Assembly: GCA_051294905.1 (NCBI GenBank)
Contig: CM119385.1
Coordinates: forward strand, 22,258,001-22,322,000
Reading direction: 5' to 3'
Source: Botryllus schlosseri
Taxonomy: Eukaryota
DNA length: 64,000 bases
In this document: in pieces, positions 1 to 13,541 of the stretch
How the letters are laid out: each line of letters opens with the position of its first letter
Position numbering within the stretch: the stretch's first letter is position 1
Made by a program: the position numbers and the translations under genes
The notes under the pieces: generated by a model
What the model saw: only the letters and a program-made list of their open reading frames with translations
The model's database searches: none
What the model was told of the DNA's origin: nothing

Positions 1-1109
1 CAAACAGGAGGTTGAGTATGGAGTATTGAGTACCATAAAAAGAATCGTATAAAAACTATATAAATTAAATGCGTAACTGGTCGCGATATGAGCCTGGTGG
101 ATTGAAAAGATGAGCAACCTCACCGCTATTTCACTATGAGAGAAGTACTGTATTTGGGATGTGATCTATTACTGTGGCACTTATCTGGAGACTATTGTAC
201 GATCCCCCATTCATCCGCTGTCAATTATTAACCCTATTAATCCGCTGTCAATTATTACTGACTATTAACTTGTACAATGTCCAATATCCTAAGCGGCTCG
301 TGTATTCTGCGACACCACTGTAGTGTAGGGTATTTATAGTTTCAGTCTCGACAGTGATGACCAATACAGTATTTCGTGAAATTCATTCAGTCAATGATAT
401 GTTATTTCGCGAGTGTCATTGGAATTCTCATGATTACAGAAAGTCAACATATGAACAATAATGGTTATCCTTCTGAATATGAAATCATTAGGGCTGGGCA
501 CAATGATGCGAGCACTCGAATTGAATCTAGCATTAATTGTAATGATTCTTGTCGGATAGTAAAAATGATATTTTCTAGCTTTGAAATTAGCTGCTCCATG
601 CCGCGAAGAGTTAATTTTTCAACGAAAATTGCAGTTTAGATATTATTTTCACTGTGGAAGCCTTGGAACCTGGATTGGTCATATCACAGCATACGAAACA
701 TGCAGTACAGGGTGATGAACGTTAGTGGAGATGACATATCTGTGAATCCGTGATCAACCCGCAGCATTGTAGCAAAGTACAATGAAAAACGCTGAATTAT
801 CTGCAATGTGATGTAGGACTCGCATTACACTCTTTGCGATAGCAAAGCATAAGTTTGAGAGCTCCATATCTTCTATACTGTTACGAAGTCACAATGAGTG
901 AAGGATGATTACTCGATTCAAAACCGAATCAATTAGATACTCGAGTTTGTGATTTCGCCCAGCCCCAAAAATAATTGGTCGCACAATATAGTTAAGCATA
1001 ATAACGATGACTGTCAACGCCACACTGATGTGAATATACGGAAATCAGTTGATTCAATCAAATGAGTGCAATCACCACTCCTGCTCGCGGTCACTCGTTC
1101 TGGTGCGAT

Positions 1110-4100
1110 CTAGAAATCTTTCCCACACGAAGCACACTTTCTGTCTTTCATGCAGAACAAGCACAGTAACCCGATCGGAAAAAAGAGTATGCAACAAAAG
1201 ATCCCACAGCACGTGAAATGTTCACCGATGTAGCCCCTGAAATGCAGATATTAGAATATTTAGGCATCGCGGTTTTGACAATGCGTCTAATTATAGTGCA
1301 GCGGTTCTCAAACTTTTCTCGACACGCCCCCTCGACGATAGTGAAAAATTTCGCGCCCCCCTTATCGCCATATCAAAAAATATTAAAAAGATCTACCAGA
1401 ATCCTTGCCATCTCAATGCATTGTTTGATGGCGTGGAAGTAGGACTAGTGTTAACGTGAGGTTCACGTGCACAAACGAACCTTGGTATGTTGTGCACTGG
1501 TGTGTCATTATATAACATCTTTGGTTGAAACTGTTTGCATTTCAACTTCGGGAGCCTCTATGGCGCTGGCCGCATAAAAAATCAACACTATGCATGCATG
1601 CACCTTGCCATTCTCAAAAATTTTACTTGCTTTGTTACAAAAGTTTGCTCGAAATATTCAGCTTTCCGTTTGTGAAAATTTAGTGACTCTTTGCTGTGAG
1701 CTTGGCCCGCAATCACACAACATCAAGAACGAAATAGACTATGTGGGCGATTAGCGGAGATGCTAATTCAACCAGTCAATGAAACTGACATAAAGAACAC
1801 ATCGTTATCTAATGTAAAAAATCTAGCAGGCCTACGCATCTTCATTTGATATGGTTACTGTAACATAAAAACCAAACCCGTACGATTGGGGTGTTGGCTA
1901 TACTGTATAACTTGTTTATGGGTAATATCGGCAGTAAGTACAGAAACCCGTTTTACACTCTGCTCAATATCAATTTAGCAGTAGTTAAACGCCGAATACT
2001 TCGGCCGGTCTGGCCTAGACTGTTAAGGCGTAGGCTTATGTTCCCTAGCAAGTCCACGTCGAATTTGTTTGACAAAGCGACGGAGGATATTGATTTTATG
2101 GAATTATTTTAGCATTTGATTGGTCAGGTTGATACATTTGGTGACGTTTAAAAAGTCAGCATGCATTGTGGGATATTGTGGCCTGAGTTGTCGATAGGTA
2201 TCATTTACACCGTACATTTATATGTCACTTCACTGAAATGTAGGGTTGAAATTAGCAATATGACGTCACGTGACGTCATAGGTTCACGTTCGCGTTCACA
2301 CAGAACCTTTCAGGTGTTCGCACCATCCTGACATGGAAGGTGTTATGACTGTCAAGACACTTCTCAAATATGAATATTCGGATTATGAACAGAGCAAAAT
2401 GATATGAGCTGGAGGTAAATCGCTCGGAGTTTGATATTTTGTAAAACATAATCATGTGAAATGCTAGAACGCGGTGCATAAACATTTTAGCCACCCAGTT
2501 TCAGAACCACTGAATTAGAACCATAATTTGGCGCATCTGGAAACCCGGGACCAGAGTTGAACATCTAGCAAATTTTCCGAGTTATATTTAGAATTTTAGC
2601 AACGCATTTTTCCAAATTAAATAAAATGAAAACTCCTGAATTCACAAAAACTCGAATTAGAAAGAAATACAACAAAAATCAAGTACATTTCATATCAAAT
2701 AAGAGAATAGGAAATGTTTGTACACCAACCGTGGCTAGTTTCGTACTAGAGGGTTCTCCTGTAGCATTTTCAGCGAAACCAGAAATTAGAGATTATAAGA
2801 TGACAGCATAGAAACAGTCTACAAATTAGATTCGAACTAGATTTCCGGCATTTCGTTATAATTACCTAGAATTATCTAGTTCTCTAAGTCTGTCGATACC
2901 TCTCGCTTCCAAACTATCAGATAAAGCTACGCGCGTGGGATTCGAACCATGGACCTATCTCCATTTAATACTTTGAACTCACCCGCATCTAGGACAGCTC
3001 CCGGCTCTGAATTGAGCCGCTGCTGGAGCGGGGGCGTGCGTCATTATCACGGTCGTGTTGTGCTGTGGCTGAGGTGGCGCATTTTGAACGATAGTCTGAT
3101 TGAAATTGCTCGTCATCGGTGGATTGAACTGAACTGAGAGAGTATGTTTGATCGCATAATAATTCTTACCAATAATACTAAATGCTAGGGATGTGCGAAC
3201 ACCCGAAAGCTTTTGGTTCGTGTGAACGCGAACTTATGACGTCACGTGACTTCATAATCCCAATTTCAGCCCTACATTCCAGTAAAGTAATATATTAATG
3301 TACATGATAGCTAGCGATGACTCGGGCCACATTATGTCACAATGCTGAAGTATATATGCTGTTTTTTTTAAACGTCACCCAATGTATCCACTGGAACAAT
3401 GAAATGCTATAATTCCGCAAAATCAACATTTTCCGTCGCTTTGCCAGCAATATACAGTAGCCAACACCCTTGTTGGGTAGCCAATAAGGATATCAAATAA
3501 AGATAGATCCCGCACGCCTGCTTGATTTTTTACATTAGACATCGATGCATTTTCATATCAATTTCGTTGATGTAAATATAATTGATTGGTTGACTAAGCA
3601 CAACGCGCTGACTACCCGCATGTAGTGTGTCTCGTTCTTGCTATTTTGTGATTGCTGGTCAAGCTCACATCAGAGTCACTAAAGATTCACAAACGGAAAG
3701 CTGAATATTGTGAGCAAACTTTCGAGCAAATAATTTTTTATATTGGCAAGGTGCTGAGTTTCTTTTCGAGCTGCCAGCGGCTTGTGGAGAGTGGTCCGAA
3801 GTTGAAAAGCAAATAATTTCAACCAAAGACACGTTATAATGATGTGAAAATTGTTATACATGAAAAAGGTTCACATTGCAGAACCAAGGTTCGTTTGTGA
3901 ACGCGAACCTTCCAACTTCTGAGGTTCAATCAGACACAGAACGCGAACGTGAACCTCACGTTCACACTATCCCTTCTAGATGCTACTAACTGTGTCCTGT
4001 AAAGGCACCGTCAATGTTTTGTTGTTCTCCATGCACTTCGTGGAGCCGTGACGTAATATGCAGATGTGATAGTCGTTAACGTAGCATACCACTACTTTTT

Positions 4101-5690
4101 CAGGGTCCTCAAGTTGGTTCCGCCTACTTTCAGACCACTACCACATCTGCTTAACAGTTTTGGACGCAATTCTACTTTTTACATTCGGGATTCGGTAAAG
4201 TACATAGTAGTTGTGCGCTGGTATGCATCACTTTCAGGCGCGTAGCCAACCGAAAAATAATGGGGAGGGGGCTGAAATAAAGGAGGGGGTTGGATTTTTT
4301 CGAAGTTACTAATATAGCATCAATTCATTAGGGTTAAGTGCACGCGTAAATGACGATGATACAATGTCCTCGTGTTGACAAACTTACTTGTATGATAAAC
4401 TTGCCAACGGTGTTCACCAAATTTGGCTCAATTCCAACCAGTGGAAACGGAGTTATTGGTGTTGAAAAATTTGGATTTGAATAAAATAGTATCTACGGTT
4501 GGCACAACTATAATAAATAATTAAAGAATTGGTCACAGTAAATACTATTTTATTCAAATCCAAAATTTTTCCACGGCAATAACTCCGCTTCCAGTGGCTG
4601 GAATTGAGCCAAATTTGTCGAGCATCTTTTCCGTAGACAACCAAACAATTTCATGGGGTGAACAGAAAATTTTGATTTTTTTTTCATTCATTTTTATATA
4701 ATAAAAAAAAACTTTCTTCTCCTGTAGCAATGCGGCTACTGGATGGAATTGAACCAAATTTGGTGTGCGTGCTTTAATTAGGTAACCTAACAATTTTATC
4801 AAGTAGCCAGAAGAATTTAAACAAAAGTCATTTTTGAACACCCCTACTGTATACATCCGGACAATAATAATATTTTAACCAATTCCATTGTTCGCGAATA
4901 AAGGTGTTGCGACTTGCTAGAATATAACCCCCAAATGAGCCGTGTATTATCGATATATACTCGATAATAAAGTATTTAGGTTTAAAGCAAGGGCATGACG
5001 TAACAATTTGGAATCAGTTGATTGGTCCGGTCCGCGGATGATTTGAAGCCTTGAATCCGGCACGCGACGTAATTTGAGTTTGACACCCCTTCGTTACATT
5101 GTGCAATGTGCAGTGCACAGACGAATCTAGCTAATTGGCTACACGCTTCTCGCTAATTGGCCGCGCGCAACACTGATAGTACGACTTATTGAATTCCGAC
5201 TGAGCATGAGCATTATTGTCAGAATGGTCATTCCAAGAGGAAGGGGTTTCGCGTTTCAAAAGGGGGGTTTCGATCACGAAACTCCCCCCTGGCTACGCGC
5301 CTGATCAATTTTGTAAGTGGAATTATCGTAACAACCCAGCGAAATAGCCCCTTTACCATGGTAACATGATACGTTGTTCAATTCATAATATCATCAAGAG
5401 GGCGACAATTTTGACATAAAAAATGATCAATGTTATTTTAATTAGGCATTCCTGCACATAATGTTTGAATTGTAGTAATTTATACATTTCTGGTTGGGGC
5501 TGTCTGTCCTCACGAAGTAGCTTGGCAAGAATAGAGAAAAATGTTCAACAGCAGCAGTTGTTTGTTGGCAGCATTGAATTTCAGTGTATACTGCTGGGGT
5601 GCTAGTAACACACCTGTTGCTTCATACCGACATCGCCCTTTTAGACCACAACTCAAATGTAATTTCTGTTAACATCTCGCGATCCGCCCA

Positions 5691-5729
<39 letters not shown>

Positions 5730-6731
5730 CTTTATTCGTATACATTACATATCAACATAACACTACAAAAATGGAACGATGAGAACCACTGAGCTATAAG
5801 AACCAATGTCCATCACGCAGTCAAGTTTCAGATTCAGATTTGAGATATCGGGTTGCAAAAACTTCGGACCTATTCAAAATTTCACTCGTTTTAAGTGTGT
5901 TGAACATCTCGCCTTTTGTTTCAATCGGTGATTTATGATTACCAATGAGCAGACAATGGATCATCTAGAACAGCTGGCCAATAAAGTAGGCTACAGAACA
6001 ACGTGTAAAATGTCAAATGATACGTTACCCGACAAATCTATAGTGCCAGACCGACCCTAATGTGACATCAAACAGACTTGTATGATGCAGGGGTTGGCAC
6101 CATTTTCATCATCAGTCCATATCCTCGTAACAACATAGATGTGCCTGTCATTTATTGGCTATGGTACCGAATACATCGGATTTGAAAACGACCAAAGCAG
6201 CCACAGAATATCGATCATAGCGTGACTAAGAATAAATGATCCAAATATTACGTATATTAAGCGTCTAGTGCGGGAGCGACTAAAATTTATACCCTTCGCG
6301 ACCAATACTTTATTCACTGGCGTTACCGATGCCAGCTGCAATTAAGCGGTTGGTGGGATTCCTTGCTTTATACGCTTAATATGACAAAATCCAAAATGTT
6401 TGGCGCGCGAGTTAGTAATATTTTGACATTCGTTGACATTTGGCACGCTGCATGCGAAAGGTTGCCGACCCCTGGTATAGATTGTGGAATATATTGTACA
6501 TTACGCGTTATTCTGTTCGCTTATGTTATGTATATGCCTGTCGGCTGTTTGCTAATCTACTTCGAATACGTACCACGAAGATGTATACCTTATTCGTATG
6601 TGCATCCTACTCACATTGGAAGTCCCAGTGATGATCTTATATAGAATACTTTCCTTGCTTGGGAAATATACTCTGATCTTACCTTGAGCAGGAGCGTATG
6701 GGGGTGGTTGATGTTGCGGGTGGGCCGACAT
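1110..6731 (-). CDS. BRI3: BRI3/DUF2367-like small membrane protein, paralog 1 (3 exons, 108 aa)
   Basis: Exons 6731-6683 (MSAHPQHQPPPYAPAQ), 3133-2983 (VQFNPPMTSNFNQTIVQNAPPQPQHNTTVIMTHAPAPAAAQFRAGSCPRCG) and 1236-1110 (GYIGEHFTCCGIFCCILFFPIGLLCLFCMKDRKCASCGKDF*). GT-AG introns in phase 1 and 2, open frame. The CPxC..FT..GI..I.FFP.G..C....R.C..CG..F pattern matches BRI3 as I recall it. Confidence 0.92.
1299..2430. mobile_element. CAGCGGTTCTCAAAC-type MITE interrupted by a TAGGGATG-family element (about 1441-2331)
   Basis: Segments 1299-1440 and 2332-2425 align colinearly with 53641-53830. The insert matches 59952-60953. Boundaries are approximate. Confidence 0.65.
3186..3975 (-). mobile_element. 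Non-autonomous hAT element, TAGGGATG family (inverted copy)
   Basis: Reverse complement of the 59952-60953 family; ends TAGGGATG... and ...CACTATCCCT. Confidence 0.8.
4235..5303. mobile_element. Non-autonomous hAT element
   Basis: TIR CAGGCGCGTAGCCA / TGGCTACGCGCCTG; TSD ATCACTTT / ATCAATTT. Confidence 0.8.
5490..5600 (-). pseudogene. hAT dimerisation-domain relic
   Basis: Frameshifted CCQQTTAAVE.FS..; homologous to 40920-41020. Confidence 0.55.
5694..5727 (+). repeat. (GA)17 microsatellite
   Basis: Direct count. Confidence 0.95.
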
Positions 6732-7599
6732 TTCAAGTGTAGCGTATTTGCTCGAAATTTAATCCTGTAAATAACATAAAGATATGCATAGATATCGAAT
6801 CAGGTTAGAAAGTCTGCTGATCAAATATAAACACATATCACAAGGGCACTGCGTTCTAAATATGATGTAGCCCAGTGGTTCTCAACCTTTGTGGATGTCG
6901 GAGCCGCATTTTAAACTTCAGAGTACGTATGGAGCCGCATGAAAACACTTGAGTAGGCTACTTATAACGAAAATTTAAAGGTATAGCTAGCCTACTTCTG
7001 GATCTCACCGTCCAGCTAATTCAAAAGCATGCTCATGCTCATAGACTTCTATAGATTCTATATCATCGGGTATTTCAGCATTGATATGATTGGCTACTGC
7101 TATACATTGATTCAACTGAAAATGCATGTCATTACTGCAGCATACTATTATGTCGTTATGTGATAACACTCTAGGACACCTAAGGGCACTTAATGCACAC
7201 GTTTACGGAGGATTATACACGCTGAGTAATATTGGACTTATTGCAATTTATACTTGACTATAAGCCGTTATATTGATGTTAGTAAAATTCTGTCGAAATT
7301 TACTCTTCACTGAGACTATATATAAAGGTCTACGACCAGCAGAACTGAAAATAAATCCTTGTCTGTCAGGTCCATCCACCCATGCGTTTAACGCAAGTCT
7401 GCAAGACTTCTCTTTCCGGGTTTTCAAAAGCGGACTTGGACGGCTTTATACATTGCTAATATCCCTCATTTTAGAATTCATATACCGAAATTGGCTATAG
7501 ATATTCACAGAAACAAACAACAACTGTCGTATATTATATGGCGTGGCATATTTAGTGGTCAATCAGAGCCGTAAGAAGGCTACCTTGGAGCCCCATGAG

Positions 7600-7714
7600 C
7601 AGGCCGTGTTATTTTTGGCATTTCAGGAGCCAGATGCCAAAACTGCCAAAAATAAAAATTTGAAAATGCCAAAAATAAGCAATTTTTGGCATATGCCAAA
7701 AATAACACGGCCTG
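7600..7714. mobile_element. Small palindromic MITE (CAGGCCGTGTTATTTTTGGCA TIR)
   Basis: Inverted ends; further copies at 58880-58992 and, partially, 57796-57885. Confidence 0.75.
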
Positions 7715-8385
7715 CCAAATTGTGTATATCGTTCATGGTGTTGTGTTAACAGGACCGCGTTACAAGCGAGAAGAGCGTTTGTGAAAGGCAGGTTTCTTAA
7801 TCTGGGTCCAGCCCACCCATTAGGGGCGAAAGCATGGTGTCCTAAATGGTGTGGGCAGTGGACACAGCGAGATTGAACTGCTGACTGCATTTTGTTTACG
7901 TCATACTTTCCATTTGTCCAAAGGCAATTTTACGACCATTTTTGTCCGGCTTATCGAGCACTAAATTTGATAAAACGGGTATCAATGAGAAGCTGCCGCA
8001 GTACTGATTATTAAAATATAAATTATATTCTACTCATAGAACTGGAACCCCCAAAATCAACCACGATTTTTGCATTGTGATCGAGTTGAAAATTGTGACG
8101 CAACAAACTGTATGGCTATTTCTGAGCTGCATAGTCTCGTTTTGCCAGACAGTCTTGTTGCGTCAATGTTCTTAAACAAGCTAACCTTCTAAGGACTCTT
8201 TCATGCGAGTTGGTATTATTAAAGTCACCTGAAGTGACAAAAGTCCTCCGAAAATATATTGGTAGACTGAAGGAGAAATGATAGTCGGGTTACTAAATAG
8301 AATGTGTTGAGAGACAACACAGGAAACTCCTGGAAAAGGATCGGAAAGAAAATTCTTTCCGCGATGAGATCGATGGCACTGGCGA

Positions 8386-8813
8386 CAGAGATGAGCATGG
8401 TTTAGGATTAGGATTTTAAAAAACAGGATTTGTGAAATTTTGGCGGATTTGGACTGGATTGGGATTAAAGATTTTTTTCTGAACGGATTAGAATTTGGAT
8501 TGGACTTAACCTATTTTCTGGGAGATCGATATGTCGTGTGGCGAATGGCGACAAACTTTGTTCAGATCAGTTGATAATGTACTTATGGTTGCTAAGTTAT
8601 CTTGAATCAAGGGTATCATTGGTTGTGAAAGAAAAATTTCTAATCCCTCCGTTGCATTTATTAGCATTTTTTCTGAATTTCCAGTTGGAATCGGATTAGG
8701 ATTGGATATGGACTAGAATATGAAAAAGTTATGGATTAGGATTTGGATTTGGATTTGTAGGTTCGGATTTGGATTGGATTAGGACATAGAAATTCCAAAT
8801 CCGCTCATCTCTG
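8386..8813. mobile_element. MITE with CAGAGATGAGC TIR and (GGATT)-rich arms
   Basis: TIR cagagatgagc / gctcatctctg; related to 16541-17588. Confidence 0.75.
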
Positions 8814-9568
8814 ATAGTCGCGTTTCCATTGTGTCAATAACCGATTTAACTGACAGTACCGGCATGATATGACATCGCTATCACCTAAATCTGCCTGTTA
8901 TGTAGCGTGGACCCCATCGCTATGTAGGGAACAGTCGAAGGACAGTGTCAATTTGATATACGGCGTACAGAAAAATATCAATAGTTTCCACCAGAACAAA
9001 AATTCTTGTTGACGTATCCTCGATGCCCCCACCTGACTAAAGACCGTGGATATAAGTCCGGACGTGATATGGTCGGGGCAACTGCTAGTGTTTCCGAGAA
9101 GTGACATTTCACATTGAATGACGATTTCCGTACCAACAGAACTCTGTATAAATACTGTGGATACTGTTGTTAGTAATTTCACGCCAACTTTGACGCCCAC
9201 TTTTGAGACCAGTGTCACTGATTTGATTCACGAGCTCTCAAAGCTCCATTTATCCGTCGCCGATTAATAAAGCAAAGCTTTTTGTGATTGCGTGTAAAGA
9301 GTGTTATATTAACAATTTCTCGATAAAACTTTGAAAATATCAGCATATTCAAGTATATATGTATATTGGGAATTAATTTCATGAGATCTCGAAGGGTAAC
9401 CTACTGATGCTACAAAAATGCCTTTAGGACCTACGATGGTGATCCAAATCTCTCAGGTACTCAACTATGGTGAGACGCTATTTGCATTTGGTACACTTCC
9501 GAAATAATATCGCCATCGAGTGATGCGTATCACGAACGGATTTATATAGTATGTCGTACAGCGTAGAG

Positions 9569-12041
9569 CAGTGATTCCCAACCGCGGCCCCGAGGGCCGC
9601 ATGCGGCCCCCAGCTAGCCTTTCTGCCGCCCCCACAAAAATATTGAGAAATCGATTTATGAAAAAAAATTTTTTATAAAATACCATTGCTTGGCTTGGAG
9701 TCTGGAGTTTTCAATTAGGATTACATGAAAGTTGTGAGTAGACCGCTAAGATTACGTCACTGCTGTTCCAATGATATGTGCCCTAACTTTCCAGTTGATA
9801 TAGGTATTGACAGGACCGTAACTGCCGCGCCCCAAGTCCCCCAATTGGGGGAACGAGCTAGAAGGCGGCCCAAAATTATTTAGTGAATAAGCATAAATTA
9901 TAGAATATTTTATGAAATTTTATGCAACTTTTTCGAAAATTTTTCGCGCTGGCCGCGATTTCAAGTTTCCAAGTACCTTCATTTTTGGATACTCTTCCAC
10001 CAAGATAAAATACGCAAGATTTATAGAAGTGGGCATATCGGCGTTGGCCATTACCACGCCACGACGCACGAAGACATGTAAAGTTTTAGGCCATATAACA
10101 TGCGACTCCAAGAAATGTGCCAGAACGATCGACAGCGAGAAAACCTTGGCCGAAAAGGACTTCTCTTACGCTGACCGGAAACTTCGTTATGTATATACAA
10201 AATACTTATAGGTATAATTGACCATAGGCGCCTAAATGACTGGCGCCGAATATTCCTGTCTTGGCAATCTGAACCTCACGAGACAAATAGGCTACCATCC
10301 CGCAGGGAAGAATTACATGCCAGTGAAAAATACCAATTTGAAATCCTGTGCATCTTTTAGTTTAGTACGTTTGGGCGATTCTATATTTTCTGATATAGCA
10401 GACTGGAGGTCACGAAATAACATCATGTAACGAAGTCGTACCAACGGGTCCGCCCGTCCGAATATGTTTAATTATTATTTACGGGCCCTACAGTTTCCAA
10501 GACACCTCACTCAGCTCTACCGGTAAATTTAATTACGTGAGCAGAGAAGACAAGTAATTGATAGCAATATATATGCAATTCCCGATCTTATTGACCTATT
10601 TTATTTTGAATTATCGAAAATTTTCGCGCTCCACGCTGGCTCACTAAACGGTGATCCTGATTTCGTGGCAGAAGCGAACAACGAGACGGGGGGTCGGTTT
10701 ATCACCCTATGGGAGCTCAAGACCTAAGTGTTTGAGGGGCCTGACGAAGTGCTGTTTCGTTCCTGTCAACGGGTATACGCTCGAAGATGTTTAATTATTA
10801 TTGAGTGGTCCTACCTTTTCAAACACAACTCACTCGGCTCAACCGATCAATCTGATTACGTGAGGAGAGAGAGAGAGGATAAAAATTGATACCAATATAT
10901 TTTTAATTCCCGATTATATTGACCGATTCAATCGTGAATTATAGAAATTTTTCGCGCTCGGCGCGATTAGTCGAGAGAAGCTGCCTAAAACGGACACCCG
11001 ATTTAGATGATAAATAGCGGTAAACAGCCATCTAGCCTGAGGGGCCAGGAGCAACGTTTTGGCGATGGGCTGACGAAGTGCTGTTACGTTCCTGGGTATT
11101 GATAACTAATTTACGGATAGATGTGCAACAAGTGACCCACGATTGAATACGCCGAGATGCGTACTGCTTAGCCGGCAAAAAACAGCATAATTGGTAGTCC
11201 TATAGCTCGCGACTAGGGCTGGGCACAATGATTCGAGTACTCGAATCTGAATCGAGTATTTATTCCAATGATTCGAGTCGAGTAGCAAGAGGCGATTTTT
11301 TCGAGTACTGAAATTATACGTTCCTCGCCATTGAAAGTTATTTTAACGACGAGAATTAGGGTTTTGATACCATTTTCCACTTTGGAAGCCATGAAACCTT
11401 GATTGGCTGTGTCGCAGCATACGACACATGGTACAAAGCTACGAACGTTACTGGAAATAACACATTTCCGAAGTCCTGATCCTCCCACAACATTGTCAGA
11501 AAGTGAAATGAAATCGGTAGGGTCAAAATAATATCAAAGTATCATTAATGTGATGGATAACAGGCATTATATTCTTTGTGGTGGCATAAAGCTACATATT
11601 TGAACCTTGGCATTTGATATTACGTCACAATGAGTGATACTCGAATACTCGACTCGACTCGAAGCAAAATACGTGATTCAGAATCGAATCACTAAAGTAC
11701 TCGATTTTGCCCAGCCCTACTCGCGACCCAAGCGTCCGAATAATTTGATATGACGGTGTTTATCGAAATGAGGTGTCGCATTGATTCCAAAAATACGAAT
11801 TGAAATCTCGTCAGGGCAATAAAACTACTCCGAAATAGCCAGCAAAGGTTGATTGTTCTGAACAACGGGCGCGCGGCAACACAATGGTCAATGGCGTCAA
11901 GCGAATGATCGGAGCAATGCGAATTTTCATATTTTGGTGACTATTTTGGGTTCCTTTCATTGCCCTGGTATTCCTGCGCTCCCGACCGTACTCTGAAATT
12001 CTAAATTTGGCCCTGCCACCGAAAAAGGTTGGGAACCACTG
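9569..12041. mobile_element. Composite non-autonomous hAT (Buster-type) element with nested repeats
   Basis: TIR CAGTGATTCCCAAC / GTTGGGAACCACTG; perfect 8-bp TSD GCGTAGAG. The interior carries a repeat shared with 52400-53250 and a nested MITE. Confidence 0.85.
11214..11719. mobile_element. Nested hAT MITE
   Basis: TIR TAGGGCTGGGCA / TGCCCAGCCCTA; perfect TSD CTCGCGAC. Confidence 0.9.
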
Positions 12042-13541
12042 GCGTAGAGCCTATAATTATATTTGAAAACGTACATTATCGCTATTTAGGTTTAGGCCAA
12101 TACTTCTAACTCGTAGGTTTTAGAGTGCATTTCTGTAACAATCGGTTCCATATCCTCCGACATGTCATCAAATTAATTCACCATACACCAAAGTATGATT
12201 GCATACGTAGATTGTACATAATTACAATGCTTTATGGAGCCAAAAGGAAGCTATTTATATAATATTCTTTTGACACTGAAGCACAAAGCTTCGCTCTATT
12301 ATTGGGCACTGATTAGCTGGCGCTTCGAGAGTAGGTGAATGAAATCAGTGACTCCGATTTCAAAATTGGACTTCAAAGTAAGCGCGATATTGCCAACAAC
12401 AATATTTATTTATGCCGATTTCTGATGATACCGACTTCGCTATTTGCTTTGAATTCACTTTCCGTAGAACCCAAGCGGTCGCCATGGCTGTACCACGTCC
12501 AGACTTATCCTCGAGCCTTTGTCGGGAGGTGGCAAATCAAGGATGTATCAATATCGATTTGTGATTTGATTCAAACTGTTTATATTTCTTGGCCCCGCAT
12601 ACATCGAATAAGAATTCTCTGGCATCGTCAGCTTCATTATATCTATGGGGTTCACGCTGCATGGCAGACCAGAAATATTTGACGATTACCATGCCAGTGA
12701 TTTTTGTTCAGTCGCATTACTGATGCAATTGAAAAGTGAATATAAAAGATTAAGGAGTCATCATTCAGATATACATTTCACGCAGCAGAAATTTAAATTG
12801 AATCAGGCCAAGATCAAATAGTAGCGTTGTCGACCATTTGAAGAGAATACGCTCGTTTTAAAGTGATAGCGATGGTCGACCTATATTTCAAAATGATATG
12901 GTGTGTTCGTGATCATGGTGTTCACTCAGTGTTCAAATTCGGGTATGCTGACTAAATTGGGAATGAAAGCCGTATTGCATAATCTGCTGGTTCTGAACAG
13001 TGGGTCAATTCTCCACTGATGGGATGTCATGACTTCAGAGAGAATTTCATGACAATTTTACATTTAAAAAAATTCCGATCGCAAGTATACTTTTGTCAAC
13101 TTTGAATTACAATTTAATAGTTCATTTATCTTCAATGAAAATTAGGGCCAAAACTGGATCTTCATCTCCCAGCAAATTTTTCGTGATTTATTTCGCACAG
13201 CTGGAGAATTAATGCACCTCAAGATTGCGATACGATGATAAGATGGCAAGGTTTCGAAACGACTTGGAGTAGTCCTTGAAATCAGACACCCTCCTGGGCC
13301 TAGGCGATGCAAAGAAGGGGCATGCACACTGAATAAAAAGCAATTGAAGATATCATAAAATGACAAACGACAAAATGAGGGGGATGTGACGGAAGCCGGA
13401 AGTCAATGTATCAGATCGTGGTCCAGAATAATCTCGAGCGCTGACTAGAATATATCCAGCAGAGTCTGTTTGTATATCGTTATATATTTAATCCTTGTTG
13501 CAACTGCAGCTAGATAAGGTTCAATCAGCAGCGGTCTCAAG

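Noticed and set aside
10739-11090. CTGACGA in the GC-rich repeat family (also 26813, 50533) and CTGATGA at 61345 as hammerhead cores
   Set aside because: No stem II followed by GAAA and no NUH/stem I arrangement.
12335-12682. 115-aa ORF and its 8898-9218 counterpart as a protein-coding gene pair
   Set aside because: Similarity is at the DNA level, frames are not preserved between copies and stops occur in every shared frame; kept only as a non-coding finding.
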